A DNA stretch of 64,000 bases from Alphaproteobacteria bacterium (GCA_028285305.1 JANQPV010000004.1:41685-105684); one strand, 5' to 3'. Positions 39,941-50,463 are shown, numbered from the stretch's first letter. Numbers and translations are program-made. Notes: a model not told the origin generated them from the letters alone.

Positions 39941-42900
39941 TGACCTATCCGACGGACATCTTCATCCATAGGCCGGTTCTCGCCCTCGTATTGGCGGCGA
40001 TCATGTTGCTGCTGGGCTTGCAGGCGGGATCCCAATTGACGCTCAGGGAATATCCCGAGGTTGAGAAAAGCGTTATCTATGTCCGCGCGGCTTACCCGGG
40101 GGCAAGCGCGGAAACCGTTCAAGGTTTTGTCACTACGCCGCTTCAGCGCCGCATTGCGGCAGCCAAGGGCGTCGAATATGTCACCTCAGAGAGCAATCCC
40201 GGCCAATCTGAAATCCAGGTCTGGGTCCGGCTTGGCGAAAACTCAACCGATGTACTGGCGGAAGTGATCACGAAGGTCAATGAAGCCCGCTTTGAATTGC
40301 CCCAAGAGGTCGAAGATCCGGTGGTCACGAACCGGACCGGCGGCGACGCCATGATGTACTTGGCCCTCCTAAGCGATGAAATGTCAGTTCAGCAAATTGC
40401 CGACTATGGCATGCGCTCCATTCAGCCGGTCCTCAGCACAGTCGAAGGTGTGGGCGAGGCTCGACTACTTGGCAGTGGCATGTTCGCCATGAGGGTCTGG
40501 CTGAACCCGGCAAAAATGGCGGCTTTCGGCGTAACTGCCATCGACATAAACGATGCCATTCGCCGCGACAATTATATCTCCGCGGCGGGGACAACGCGCG
40601 GCGAACTCGTGCGCGCAAGCGTAGACGCCGCGACTGACCTGCAAGATCCTGAAACGTTTGCCGGGATCGTGGTCAGGCAGGATGGCGACCAGCGGATCAG
40701 ATTAGGCGACGTTGCCAACGTGGAATTGGCCAGCGAGACGTATGAATCCGCCGTTTACTCCAGCGGCAAAGAAACCGTGTTCATCGCCATCACCGAGGCG
40801 CCTGGGGCAAATCCTCTGGAGATGGCGGGGAACGTGAAGGAAAAAATCAAAGAGCTGAATGAGCAGCTCCCCGCCGACATGTCCATCTTCATGGACTCCG
40901 ATCTTTCCATCTACATAAGCGAGGCTCTAGAGGAAGTCATCCGTACCTTGATTGAAGCCTCGATCATCGTAGTACTCGTCATTCTTATGTTTCTCGGCTC
41001 GCTCCGAGTTGTCGCCATCCCCATCGTCGCCATTCCTCTGTCGTTGATCGGCGTACTCTTTCTCATTTGGACGATGGGTTTTTCCATCAACTTGCTCACG
41101 TTATTGGCCATGGTCATTGCCATCGGCCTAGTCGTAGACGATGCGATCGTCGTGGTCGAAAACGTTCACCGGCATATTGAAGATGGCAAACAACCGAAGG
41201 ACGCGGCAATCATCGGTGTACGTCAGGTAGCGTTGCCGGTCGTGGCCATGACTCTAACGCTGGTGGCGGTCTACCTCCCCATCGGTTTTCTGGGCGGGCT
41301 CACGGGCGTCTTGTTTAGCGAATTCGCCTTGACGCTCGCGGGTGCCGTCGTAATCTCGGGTATGGTGGCGCTGGTGCTTTCTCCAATGATGTGCGCGTAC
41401 ATCCTTAAAGATCACGCCCACCAAGGGCGCGCCGCAGATTGGCTGGATGCGCGCTTCGAGAGCTTGCTTCGGCGCTATCAAGGCTTGCTCAGCCGCTGCC
41501 TCAACAATCGCGGCGCAGTCATGCTGTTTGCGGTGACTATTTTTATGAGTCTTCCGGTTCTCTATCAGCTGTCGCAAAAGGAATTGGCTCCCGAGGAAGA
41601 CAGCGGCGGTATATTTGCGCTCGCCACGCCTCCCGATTATGGCAGCTTGGAGTACACAACCTACTTTCTCGATCAAATGGTGGAGGCTTGGCGTACAGTT
41701 CCCGAAGTGAGCCATTCCTGGCAAGTCAACGAACCGACATCCGTGTTTGGGGGGCTGGAGCTCGTGCCCTGGTCTGAACGGGAGCGTTCCCTCGAAGAGA
41801 TTCGCCAGGAGGTGCAGAGCAAATACGATAAGATCAGCGGACTAGAAATATTTACATTCGCATCGGGCGGCCTCCCCGGTGCCTCGTCCGGCTTGCCTGT
41901 TCAATTTGTAATCTCCGCGAACGTCGGTTACCGCGAACTGGACAGAGTGGCCGAAGAGGTTCTCGCCAAAGCCCGGCAGTCGGGTGTCTTTGCTTTCGTG
42001 AACAAGGATTTGCGGTTTTCCCGGCCTGAGGTCCAAGTGGGGATTGACCGGGAACTAGCCGCTCGCCTTGGCATTTCAATGGAGGCAATCGGTGAAACCC
42101 TACAGATCATGCTCGGCGAAGCAGAAACCAATCGCTTCAGCATTGAAGGCCGAAGCTACAAAGTCATACCCCAGGCCGATCGCGGATTTCGTCTGACCAA
42201 AGAATGGTTGGAACGGTACTACGTTCGCACGTCGGAGGGGTCTTTGGTCCCGTTGAGCACAGTCGTGACGCTGGGAAAAACGGTCCAGCCAAATACGCTC
42301 AAGCAGTTCCAGCAGCTCAACAGCGTTACAATTCAAGGCTTTGTTCTACCGCCCCGCTCACTGGGGGACGGTCTCACTTTCCTTGAGGAGGCGCTGTACG
42401 AGGTCGCGCCGACAGGCTACCGGGTCGGCTATGAGGGCGAATCGAGGCGCTTTATCCAGGAAAGCCGCGGCTTCTTGCTTTTGTTCGCCACGTCGCTCGT
42501 CTTTATTTACTTGGTCTTATCGGCGCAGTTTAACAGTTTTCGCGATCCGTTCATCGTATTGATCAGTGTGCCACTCTCGATCTTCGGGGCTCTTGTACCT
42601 CTCGCCCTGGGGATGGCCACACTCAACATCTACACACAAGTGGGATTGCTGACCCTGATTGGGCTGATTAGCAAGCATGGCATCCTCATTGTGGATTTCG
42701 CCAACAAACGCCTTGCCGATGGTGTTGATCGCAAGGCCGCTATACTGGAGGCGGCCGGTCTTCGGCTTCGGCCCATACTGATGACCACCTTCGCGACGGT
42801 TCTGGGCGTGGTGCCACTGTTGATGGCGGCCGGTGCCGGTGCGAACTCGCGGTTCGCCATCGGTCTGATGATCGCGGCAGGTATGCTGGTCGGAACTTTG

Positions 42901-43005
42901 TTCACACTCTTTGTGCTGCCGACTTTCTATCTCTTGATCGGGCGCCGGACTGCCAGAACCACGGCAGGCACCGAAAACACAGCATTGGAACCGGTTGTCC
43001 GTTAA
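39940..43005 (+). CDS. RND efflux permease (AcrB family, MexI/MexW-like)
   Basis: FIHRPVLA, AIGLVVDDAIVVVEN, SKHGILIV, RLRPILMT; 1-nt overlap with the MFP gene. Confidence 0.96.
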   Translation: MTYPTDIFIHRPVLALVLAAIMLLLGLQAGSQLTLREYPEVEKSVIYVRAAYPGASAETVQGFVTTPLQRRIAAAKGVEYVTSESNPGQSEIQVWVRLGENSTDVLAEVITKVNEARFELPQEVEDPVVTNRTGGDAMMYLALLSDEMSVQQIADYGMRSIQPVLSTVEGVGEARLLGSGMFAMRVWLNPAKMAAFGVTAIDINDAIRRDNYISAAGTTRGELVRASVDAATDLQDPETFAGIVVRQDGDQRIRLGDVANVELASETYESAVYSSGKETVFIAITEAPGANPLEMAGNVKEKIKELNEQLPADMSIFMDSDLSIYISEALEEVIRTLIEASIIVVLVILMFLGSLRVVAIPIVAIPLSLIGVLFLIWTMGFSINLLTLLAMVIAIGLVVDDAIVVVENVHRHIEDGKQPKDAAIIGVRQVALPVVAMTLTLVAVYLPIGFLGGLTGVLFSEFALTLAGAVVISGMVALVLSPMMCAYILKDHAHQGRAADWLDARFESLLRRYQGLLSRCLNNRGAVMLFAVTIFMSLPVLYQLSQKELAPEEDSGGIFALATPPDYGSLEYTTYFLDQMVEAWRTVPEVSHSWQVNEPTSVFGGLELVPWSERERSLEEIRQEVQSKYDKISGLEIFTFASGGLPGASSGLPVQFVISANVGYRELDRVAEEVLAKARQSGVFAFVNKDLRFSRPEVQVGIDRELAARLGISMEAIGETLQIMLGEAETNRFSIEGRSYKVIPQADRGFRLTKEWLERYYVRTSEGSLVPLSTVVTLGKTVQPNTLKQFQQLNSVTIQGFVLPPRSLGDGLTFLEEALYEVAPTGYRVGYEGESRRFIQESRGFLLLFATSLVFIYLVLSAQFNSFRDPFIVLISVPLSIFGALVPLALGMATLNIYTQVGLLTLIGLISKHGILIVDFANKRLADGVDRKAAILEAAGLRLRPILMTTFATVLGVVPLLMAAGAGANSRFAIGLMIAAGMLVGTLFTLFVLPTFYLLIGRRTARTTAGTENTALEPVVR

Positions 43006-43049
43006 CCCCACGTTAAGAACGCTTTCCAAAATCTTTAAGAGAATTTTAG
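43002..43049. promoter_or_regulatory. two CtrA-type boxes upstream of the RTX gene
   Basis: TTAA-CCCCACG-TTAA (43002-43016; reads TTAA-N7-TTAAC on the minus strand) and TTAA-GAGAATT-TTAG (43035-43049). Confidence 0.6.
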
Positions 43050-43188
43050 AGGCTTCTCTTAGGCTCAGCGAACGGTAGACGAATACGCTGAGTTGACGGC
43101 ACAAACATGGCCTAGCGAGTTTGGGCGAGAATGTCTGTGTTTCCTGAGTGAAACCTGGTGCACCAGCGTGAAGTACGAGAGAGTGTAA

Positions 43189-46011
43189 GTGGCCGATACG
43201 TATATCATCCCCTCTGAAGACGACGAAATAAACGATCTTCTAGACGACGAGGTTCATGCCACATTCGCCGATCCTGGAACGGACGCGGCGCCGACACGGC
43301 CCCAGGTCGAGAACGTCCATTATGGCGCAGCCAACGACATCGCCCCTTCGCAAGCTGGTATTCCTGCGGGCCTAACGGAAACGCCAGAGACGGAGCCTCA
43401 ACAAGACCAAACTCCGCCCCCGGATCGCCCAACGCAAGAACAGACTGGAGCGGAGCAATCCTCGACATTCGACGATGACGGGAAGAGTCCTGAGGCGAAC
43501 CCTCAGACCGATCGTTCGGATCTCAGCGGTGCACTCAGCGAGACAAACGCGATCGCACCCCAAGGCGCAAGCGAGTTGCCCGAATGGAATCAAGGACTCA
43601 CGGAACCTCCAGAAATGATTTCAAGCGGCGAGCCCGAAACAGCCGAGACGCAGTTTAAGGACATGACGGAAGATCTGAGCAATGTTCCGCTGCCGGAAGA
43701 GCGCTTGGATGCGTCCGCCCAAGAGCCGGAAGGCAGGATCTCCGATCCTGCAAACGGGTTCTTCTCCGGAACTGTTTCGGAATACAAATTTGATGTGGCG
43801 GACACGGGCCAGCTTCTTGTTACCGATTTAGTGCCGGGGCGCGACGGCCAGATTGCGCTGGATAGCACACTGGAACTCGACTTTGCGGACGGATTTTTCT
43901 CCTCTGAAGTCGGCACCCAAGGCAATGACAGGCGTCTTGTGGGCGGCGATGGACGCGAAGTGCTGGTCGGCGGCCTGGGAAACGATCGCCTCTACGGCGG
44001 CGCGGACAATGATGTCCTCGAAGGCGGTGCAGGCAGAGATAGGCTCTATGGCCAAGACGGCGCCGATGAACTCCGTGGCGGCGCAGGCAATGACATCCTT
44101 TATGTGGATGCGGACGATACCCTCATCGACGGCGGCGAGGGTGTTGACCGAGTGATCGTTCAGGACACCCGCGATTATTCTCTCGATCTGGCGGCGGCAA
44201 GTGTGGAGCGCGTGGACTCCGGCGCCGGGAATGACCGTCTGGATGCGTCGGCTTCGACGGTCAACACGACCATATTAGGCAAGGACGGCGAAGATACCTT
44301 GCTGGGCGGTGCCGCCAACGATCGGCTGTATGGCGGCGCAGACAACGATGTCTTAGAAGGCGGTGCAGGCAGAGATCGGCTCTATGGTCAAGACGGCGCC
44401 GATGAACTTCGTGGCGGCGCAGGCAACGACACCCTTTATGTAGATGCGGACGACACCCTCATTGACGGCGGTGAGGGTGTTGATCGAGTCATCGTTCAAG
44501 ACACAGACGATTTCACTCTTGATGTGGGCGCCGCGAATGTAGAACGCGTAGACGCAAACGCGGGCAACGATCGCCTAGATGCCTCAACCTCCACTGTCAA
44601 CACGACGCTGTTGGGCAAAGATGGCGAAGACGCCTTGATTGGCGGTGCAGCCAACGATCGGCTGTATGGCGGTGCCGACAATGACACGATCGAGGGCGGC
44701 GATGGCAAGGACCGACTTTATGGTCAAGCTGGCGCCGATGAGCTTCGCGGTGGGGCGGGAAACGACACCCTTTATGTAGATGCGGAAGATACGCTGATTG
44801 AAGGAGGCGAGGGTATTGACCGGGTCATCGTCCAGGACACCCAGGACTTCTCTCTCGATCTGGCGGCGGCGGGCGTAGAGCGCGTAGACTCGGGGGCAGG
44901 GAATGATCGCCTGGACGCCTCGGCCTCAACCGCCAACACGACCATATTGGGCAAGGGCGGCGAAGATGTTTTGCTGGGCGGTTTTGCCAACGACCGCTTG
45001 TATGGCGGCGCCGACAACGACACGATTTCAGGTGGAGATGGAAAGGACCGTTTGTATGGCCAAGCCGGCGCCGATGAATTGCGCGGTGGGGCCGGAAACG
45101 ACACCCTTTATGTGGATGCGGACGATACGGTGATCAATGGGGGCACGGGTGTTGACCGGGTCATTGTCCAGGACACCAGGAACTTTTCTCTCGATTTGGC
45201 CGCAGCCGAGGTGGAGCGCGTGGACTCCGGCACGGGTAATGATCGCCTGGACGCCTCGGCTTCGACCGTCAACACGACCATATTAGGCAAGGACGGCGAC
45301 GATACGTTGCTGGGTGGTTCCGCCAACGATCGGCTCTACGGGGGGGCCGATAACGACGTGATCGATGGCGGAGAGGGCAAAGACCGCTTGTATGGTCAAG
45401 CCGGCGCAGACGAACTGCGCGGTGGCGCCGGCAACGACACCCTTTATGTAGATGCGGACGATACGGTGATCGACGGCGGTACCGGAGTGGACCGGGTGAT
45501 CGTTCAAGACACAAGAGACTTTACGCTAGATGTGGCCCAAGCCAATGTGGAGCGCGTCGATGCGGGCGCGGGCAATGACCATCTGGACGCTTCCGGTGCG
45601 GCTGAAAGGACAACTCTTTTGGGCAAAGGAGGCGAAGACGTTCTTATTGGCGGCACCGCGAACGATCGCCTCTACGGCGGTGATGGCAACGACGTACTCG
45701 ACGGCGGAGCCGGAAACGACCGCATGTTGGGTGGGGCCGGCGACGACACGTTTGTCATCGCCAAAGGCGACGGGAATGATCGCGTCAACGGAGGCGCTGG
45801 CGGACAAGATACAATTGAAATGGATCCGTATTTCGTGTTTGGGAATCCGGGGTCCAGCGAGAGTTGGACGGTTGCTGTGGACGGCGGCCCCACCCATATT
45901 ATCACTGACGCAAGCGGCTTTTTGGATCTGGGTGCGGATACCTCCGGCAGGATCGACCTGGATGACGGCACGACCGTGTGGTTCGATGATATCGAGCGGA
46001 TCGAGTGGTAG
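43189..46011 (+). CDS. RTX-type calcium-binding repeat protein (probable T1SS substrate)
   Basis: Many GGxGxDxLx nonamers, acidic low-complexity N-terminus, C-terminal DIERIEW, no Sec signal. Confidence 0.9.
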   Translation: MADTYIIPSEDDEINDLLDDEVHATFADPGTDAAPTRPQVENVHYGAANDIAPSQAGIPAGLTETPETEPQQDQTPPPDRPTQEQTGAEQSSTFDDDGKSPEANPQTDRSDLSGALSETNAIAPQGASELPEWNQGLTEPPEMISSGEPETAETQFKDMTEDLSNVPLPEERLDASAQEPEGRISDPANGFFSGTVSEYKFDVADTGQLLVTDLVPGRDGQIALDSTLELDFADGFFSSEVGTQGNDRRLVGGDGREVLVGGLGNDRLYGGADNDVLEGGAGRDRLYGQDGADELRGGAGNDILYVDADDTLIDGGEGVDRVIVQDTRDYSLDLAAASVERVDSGAGNDRLDASASTVNTTILGKDGEDTLLGGAANDRLYGGADNDVLEGGAGRDRLYGQDGADELRGGAGNDTLYVDADDTLIDGGEGVDRVIVQDTDDFTLDVGAANVERVDANAGNDRLDASTSTVNTTLLGKDGEDALIGGAANDRLYGGADNDTIEGGDGKDRLYGQAGADELRGGAGNDTLYVDAEDTLIEGGEGIDRVIVQDTQDFSLDLAAAGVERVDSGAGNDRLDASASTANTTILGKGGEDVLLGGFANDRLYGGADNDTISGGDGKDRLYGQAGADELRGGAGNDTLYVDADDTVINGGTGVDRVIVQDTRNFSLDLAAAEVERVDSGTGNDRLDASASTVNTTILGKDGDDTLLGGSANDRLYGGADNDVIDGGEGKDRLYGQAGADELRGGAGNDTLYVDADDTVIDGGTGVDRVIVQDTRDFTLDVAQANVERVDAGAGNDHLDASGAAERTTLLGKGGEDVLIGGTANDRLYGGDGNDVLDGGAGNDRMLGGAGDDTFVIAKGDGNDRVNGGAGGQDTIEMDPYFVFGNPGSSESWTVAVDGGPTHIITDASGFLDLGADTSGRIDLDDGTTVWFDDIERIEW
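43981..45660 (+). repeat. five tandem 336-bp (112-aa) repeat units within the RTX gene
   Basis: NDRLYGG starts at 43981, 44317, 44653, 44989, 45325 and 45661, an exact 336-nt period. Confidence 0.92.
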
Positions 46012-46020
46012 CCTCGAAGT

Positions 46021-46599
46021 CTATCGCCTTAAGGCAATCGCACGGCCTTCAGCAACAATCTGATCGAGAAACAAGGACCGCTTCCCCGGAACAATTTGGT
46101 AACCCGCCCCATCGATGAGCGCGGTCAAGAGCCGGGCGCGCATCTGACATTCGCTCGTTGAGATATCAGGAACCAAGTATCGGATAACGCGTTCAAGCGC
46201 TGCATAATGGTTGGCGTATATCCTATTGTACAGCTCACGGAACACTTTATTGTGCAGTTGCAAGAGAGTTAAAACTGAATAGATCGTCGACCCGCCTTTT
46301 CGCCGCCAGCGTCCCAACAGTTCCCTGATGACGCCTTCGAGGATTTGGTTTTTATCTTTCTGTGTCTCCAAGACTTCGTCGATCGCCAAGACATCGCTTT
46401 GCGATTCGGCTTCAATGACCGCGTAAATAAGGTCTTCTCTTGTTTTGAAGTAGTACTGAAGATTACCCAGTTTCATGTCGCAATAGTGCGAGACGTCACG
46501 CATGATCAAAGCTTCATAGCCGCACTCGACCAGCAAACGACGCGCTTCGCTCAGTATTCGGTCTCTTGTTGAAAGGCCTTTTTCGGTCAGCGTTGACAT
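46021..46599 (-). CDS. TetR family regulator
   Basis: TRDRIL..AR.LL...GY..L.MRDV.......GNLQYYFKTREDL. Confidence 0.92.
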   Translation of the reverse strand: MSTLTEKGLSTRDRILSEARRLLVECGYEALIMRDVSHYCDMKLGNLQYYFKTREDLIYAVIEAESQSDVLAIDEVLETQKDKNQILEGVIRELLGRWRRKGGSTIYSVLTLLQLHNKVFRELYNRIYANHYAALERVIRYLVPDISTSECQMRARLLTALIDGAGYQIVPGKRSLFLDQIVAEGRAIALRR

Positions 46600-46634
46600 T
46601 TTAAGTTTGCAAACTCCCTTCCCAAGCGCTTATT

Positions 46635-46669
46635 TAGGTCATTGACATAATAGGTTGTTGACCTATAGT
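46635..46669 (+). promoter_or_regulatory. sigma70-like promoter overlapped by two TAGGTCA-N-TGACCTA-like operators
   Basis: TTGACA (46642)-16 nt-TATAGT (46664); palindromes TAGGTCATTGACATA (46635-46649) and TAGGTTGTTGACCTA (46651-46665). Confidence 0.7.
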
Positions 46670-46694
46670 GCAGCAAACACGTTCGGAGGACAAG

Positions 46695-47327
46695 ATGGAT
46701 ATCGTCAAGGTAAGCGAAGCGATGGTGGATAAGTACGCGTCCGAACTACCGGACTTGGCCTATTCCACGGGACCGGTGTCTTATGACTACCACTTTGGCA
46801 CCCGCGCCCTTTTCGATCGGGCCGTTCTCGCCTCCTTTCGTACGCCCGAGACGCTCTTTGGCTGGGACGCCACCCACTTCGCCATGGAAGGAGAAGAAGT
46901 CCTGGGTTTCCTTGTTTCCTACCATGCCCCTGAATTCCGGCAGCGGATCAACGCCTTGGGTCCCGCCTGGCAAGAGTGGATATCCAATGGCGAGGTCAGC
47001 GAGGAAGAGATCGGCGGTTTACTTGAGCGCAGTGATCATGCCCGCTGGCTCAACCCGGAGACCCGCCCTGGCATCTATTACATCCACGCGCTGGCTGTGA
47101 AACCCGAACATCGGGGAAAGCAAATCGGTGTAGCGCTGATCGAACGCGCCATGGAGATCGGCCGGGAAACGAAGTGTGGGGCACTCGAGCTCGACGTACT
47201 CTCGGACAATCCGGCCGTGAACTTCTACCAATCCATGGGGCTGGAACTGCTGGCGGAAACGCGAGCACCCAAACCGATGGAGTATGGCGTTCCGCCGGAG
47301 TTTCGAATGGGGAAGAAACTATCATAA
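46695..47327 (+). CDS. GNAT family N-acetyltransferase
   Basis: YIHALAV.PEHRGKQIG, LDVLSDNPAVNFY..MG; ATG at 46695 after GGAGGA. Confidence 0.9.
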   Translation: MDIVKVSEAMVDKYASELPDLAYSTGPVSYDYHFGTRALFDRAVLASFRTPETLFGWDATHFAMEGEEVLGFLVSYHAPEFRQRINALGPAWQEWISNGEVSEEEIGGLLERSDHARWLNPETRPGIYYIHALAVKPEHRGKQIGVALIERAMEIGRETKCGALELDVLSDNPAVNFYQSMGLELLAETRAPKPMEYGVPPEFRMGKKLS

Positions 47328-47439
47328 GACAATTCAATTGAAGTACGCCTTGAACGAGAAAGCGGCGTCTGCATGATGCTGTTGAGAATTCAGACAGCGC
47401 CCTTATCAAAAATGCGTCCTTAAAGAGGAGATCGGAAAT

Positions 47440-49329
47440 ATGCATCCACTCGATCCGTGTACGAAACAAGAGCTAACGTCCGCCGTTTCAGCTCTGCGTG
47501 AACAAGGAGATCTCAGCGAGCAAGCGGTCTTCTCCTGCGGCTATGCGGCCGAACCCGAGAAAGACCTGGTCCTGAATTTCGAACCGGGCTCCCCGTACGA
47601 CCGGATCATTCGTCTCATCGGATACGATAAAGCAAAAGGGCGAAGCTTCGATGCCCACGTCTCCGTGACAAAAGGCGAATTGGCATCGTTCACATGGGTT
47701 GAAAATGGCCATTCACCCGTCAATATGAATGACGTCATTGATGTCTATACCGCCATATTTGCCGATGAAGCCTGGCTCGAGGGCTTGAAAAAGCGCGGTA
47801 TCGAAGATCCGTCCCAAGTTCATGTAGAGCCTTGGGTGGCAGGTATACCGCACCCGGATTTTCCCCAGAACGCCCGGGCTTATCGCACCATTGCGTTTCT
47901 TAACTCAGATCCCGAAGGCAACTATTATGCAAAGCCGATCGAAGGCTTGATCGGATGGGTTGATGTGAACACCGGCCAGACAATTGTCGAAGATCACGGT
48001 GTTGTCCCCATTCCCGAAGACTCGGGCGATTATGCGGCCGCCCGCGTGGAAAGGCTGCGTGACGATTTAAGGCCCATCGAAATCACACAGCCCGATGGTC
48101 CAAGCGTCGATGTTGAAGGCCGAATTGTCCGTTGGCAGAAATGGCAATTGCGCGTCAGTGTCCACCCTATCGAAGGCCTTGTTCTTCACGACGTAAGATA
48201 CAATGACGATGGCCGCGAGCGGCCGATCCTCTACCGCGCCGGCCTTTCCGACATGGTCGTCCCGTACGGCGATGCGTCTCCTATGCACTATTGGAAGCAC
48301 GCTTTTGATGCAGGCGAGACCGCCCTCGGCCACATGGCCAACTCCCTGAAGCTGGGCTGTGATTGCCTGGGGGAGATCTATTATTTCGACAATGTTCTCC
48401 TCGGAACAGACGGCGAGCCTTTCGAAATCGAAAATGCTGTGTGTATGCATGAAGAAGATTATGGCATTCTTTGGAAACACACGAATGCCTTCCGTCCGGA
48501 GTCTGACCCGGAAGTCCGTCGTTCCCGGCGTCTTGTCATCTCCATGATCCACACAGTCGGCAACTACGAATACGGCTTCTTCTGGTATTTCTATTTGGAC
48601 GGCACGATTCAAATGGAGATCAAGCTGACGGGCATTGTGGGCGTATCTGCCGTCGCGGACAATGTGGGCAGTGATACGGCCCCGCTTGTGGCTCAGTCGA
48701 TTACCTCTCCCATCCATCAGCACCTCTTCTGTTTCCGCTTGGACTTCAACGTCGACGGCAGCGAGAACTCCGTCTACGAGGTGGATGTAGAGGCAACGCC
48801 CGACGGCCCCCATCCCTATGGGTCCGGCTTCCGTTCCGTCGCACGACTCTTGTCTACGGAACAAGAGGCCCAACGGGAAATCGATCCCACCCGCAGCCGG
48901 GTTTGGCGGATTGTCAATCCGGACGTGAAGAACAAGCTGGGTCAGCCCGTCGGCTACAAACTGCTTCCCCAAGCCTCGCCGACGTCTTTGTGCGGACCGG
49001 ACTCCATTCCCGTAAAGCGCGGCGGGTTTGCGCAGCACAATCTTTGGGTGACGCCGTATTCAGCCGACGAAATGTCAGCGGGTGCGGGTGCCTTCACCAA
49101 TCTCCACACCCGCGATGACGTGGGGCTCCCGTCTTATACGAAGGCCAATCGGTCCATCGAGAATAAGGATCTCGTCGTTTGGCACACATTGGGCGTGACC
49201 CATGTCCCCCGCCCAGAAGATTGGCCCATCATGCCCGTTGAGTATGCTGGATTTACGCTGATGCCGGTCGGGTTTTTCGACAAGAATCCCTCCGTCGACG
49301 TACCGCCAACCAAAGCATGCAAGTCTTAA
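47440..49329 (+). CDS. tynA: copper-containing primary amine oxidase (TPQ), cytoplasmic
   Basis: HPLDP, LGCDCLG, TVGNYEY (TPQ Tyr), HQH copper ligands, HVPRPEDWPIMP. Confidence 0.93.
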   Translation: MHPLDPCTKQELTSAVSALREQGDLSEQAVFSCGYAAEPEKDLVLNFEPGSPYDRIIRLIGYDKAKGRSFDAHVSVTKGELASFTWVENGHSPVNMNDVIDVYTAIFADEAWLEGLKKRGIEDPSQVHVEPWVAGIPHPDFPQNARAYRTIAFLNSDPEGNYYAKPIEGLIGWVDVNTGQTIVEDHGVVPIPEDSGDYAAARVERLRDDLRPIEITQPDGPSVDVEGRIVRWQKWQLRVSVHPIEGLVLHDVRYNDDGRERPILYRAGLSDMVVPYGDASPMHYWKHAFDAGETALGHMANSLKLGCDCLGEIYYFDNVLLGTDGEPFEIENAVCMHEEDYGILWKHTNAFRPESDPEVRRSRRLVISMIHTVGNYEYGFFWYFYLDGTIQMEIKLTGIVGVSAVADNVGSDTAPLVAQSITSPIHQHLFCFRLDFNVDGSENSVYEVDVEATPDGPHPYGSGFRSVARLLSTEQEAQREIDPTRSRVWRIVNPDVKNKLGQPVGYKLLPQASPTSLCGPDSIPVKRGGFAQHNLWVTPYSADEMSAGAGAFTNLHTRDDVGLPSYTKANRSIENKDLVVWHTLGVTHVPRPEDWPIMPVEYAGFTLMPVGFFDKNPSVDVPPTKACKS

Positions 49330-49350
49330 AGCGCGAATAGGGGGATCATA

Positions 49351-50451
49351 ATGAGTACAGGCTTCGTCTGGCACGAACGCACCATGTGGCACAATGTCGG
49401 CCCATCGACCGGCGCGTTGCCGAGCCGAGGCCTCTACCCGCCTGGTCAACATTACGAAAACGCGGACACCAAACGCAGGCTGAAGAACCTTCTGGATGGC
49501 TATGGCGTCACGGACCTACTTGAGGCGATCACCCCGACTCCGGCGACATTGGATCAAGTCAGATCGGTTCACGATACGGACTATATCGACCGCGTAAAGT
49601 CTCTGAGTGATGACATGGGCGGTGATGCGGGCGAATTTGCCTTGGTGGGCCCAGGCAGTTTCGAAATCGCTCTGATCACGGCAGGGGCCGCCATCGCCGG
49701 CGCAGAAGCCATCGCCGACGGCAAAGTGAAAAATGCCTATGTTCTCACGCGCCCGCCCGGCCATCACGCAGAACCGGACCGAGGCATGGGCTTCTGCATC
49801 TTTAACAATATCGGCATCGCCGTGCGCCACCTCCGCACCCAAGGAAAAGTGGGAAAGGTCGCGGTGGTCGATTGGGACGTCCATCATGGCAACGGTACGG
49901 AGACGGTCTTCTATGACGATCCGGAAACCCTGACCATTTCTCTCCATCAAGACGGTCTTTACCCCCATGACCGCGGTGGAATTGAAGACAAAGGGACGGG
50001 AAATGCGGTAGGCACTAACATCAATGTGCCCTTACCCCCTGGCTGCGGCGGCGGGGCCTACCTCCACGCAATTGATGAAGTTGTCCTGCCCGCCCTCAAT
50101 GCATTTGCCCCTGAGTTGGTCATCATCGCCTGCGGTTTCGATGCCAGTGTTGCAGATCCCATGTCGGCCATGATGCTCACCTCAACCCATTACCGGGCTA
50201 TGACCGGCAAGGTGAAAGGGTGGGTGGACGCTAATTCAGACGGAAAACTGCTTTGTGTCCACGAAGGCGGCTACTCCGCCGAGTACGTCCCATTCTGTGG
50301 TCTGGCGGTTATTGAACAGCTCAGCGGGATCGAAAGCGGATGCGTCGACGGCGCCGGGACCTATGCGGACTTGCAGACGGGCCAGGATCTCCAGCCCCAT
50401 CAAGCGGACGCCATTGCCGAGGCCAAGAAAGCTGCGCCGTTGTTGAACTGA
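49351..50451 (+). CDS. class II histone-deacetylase-like amidohydrolase
   Basis: RPPGHHAE, GFC, DWDVHHGNGT, GFDA, HEGGY. Confidence 0.93.
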   Translation: MSTGFVWHERTMWHNVGPSTGALPSRGLYPPGQHYENADTKRRLKNLLDGYGVTDLLEAITPTPATLDQVRSVHDTDYIDRVKSLSDDMGGDAGEFALVGPGSFEIALITAGAAIAGAEAIADGKVKNAYVLTRPPGHHAEPDRGMGFCIFNNIGIAVRHLRTQGKVGKVAVVDWDVHHGNGTETVFYDDPETLTISLHQDGLYPHDRGGIEDKGTGNAVGTNINVPLPPGCGGGAYLHAIDEVVLPALNAFAPELVIIACGFDASVADPMSAMMLTSTHYRAMTGKVKGWVDANSDGKLLCVHEGGYSAEYVPFCGLAVIEQLSGIESGCVDGAGTYADLQTGQDLQPHQADAIAEAKKAAPLLN

Positions 50452-50463
50452 CGGGGAGTGGGA

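Noticed and set aside
38843-43005. RND pair as exporter of the RTX protein or the RiPP
   Set aside because: It is an AcrAB-type small-molecule pump, not an ABC-type T1SS. It lies about 7 kb from the RiPP island with unrelated genes in between.
43981-45660. CRISPR array or non-coding satellite
   Set aside because: The repeats are 336-nt in-frame coding units with synonymous variation and no unique spacers. No cas genes are present.
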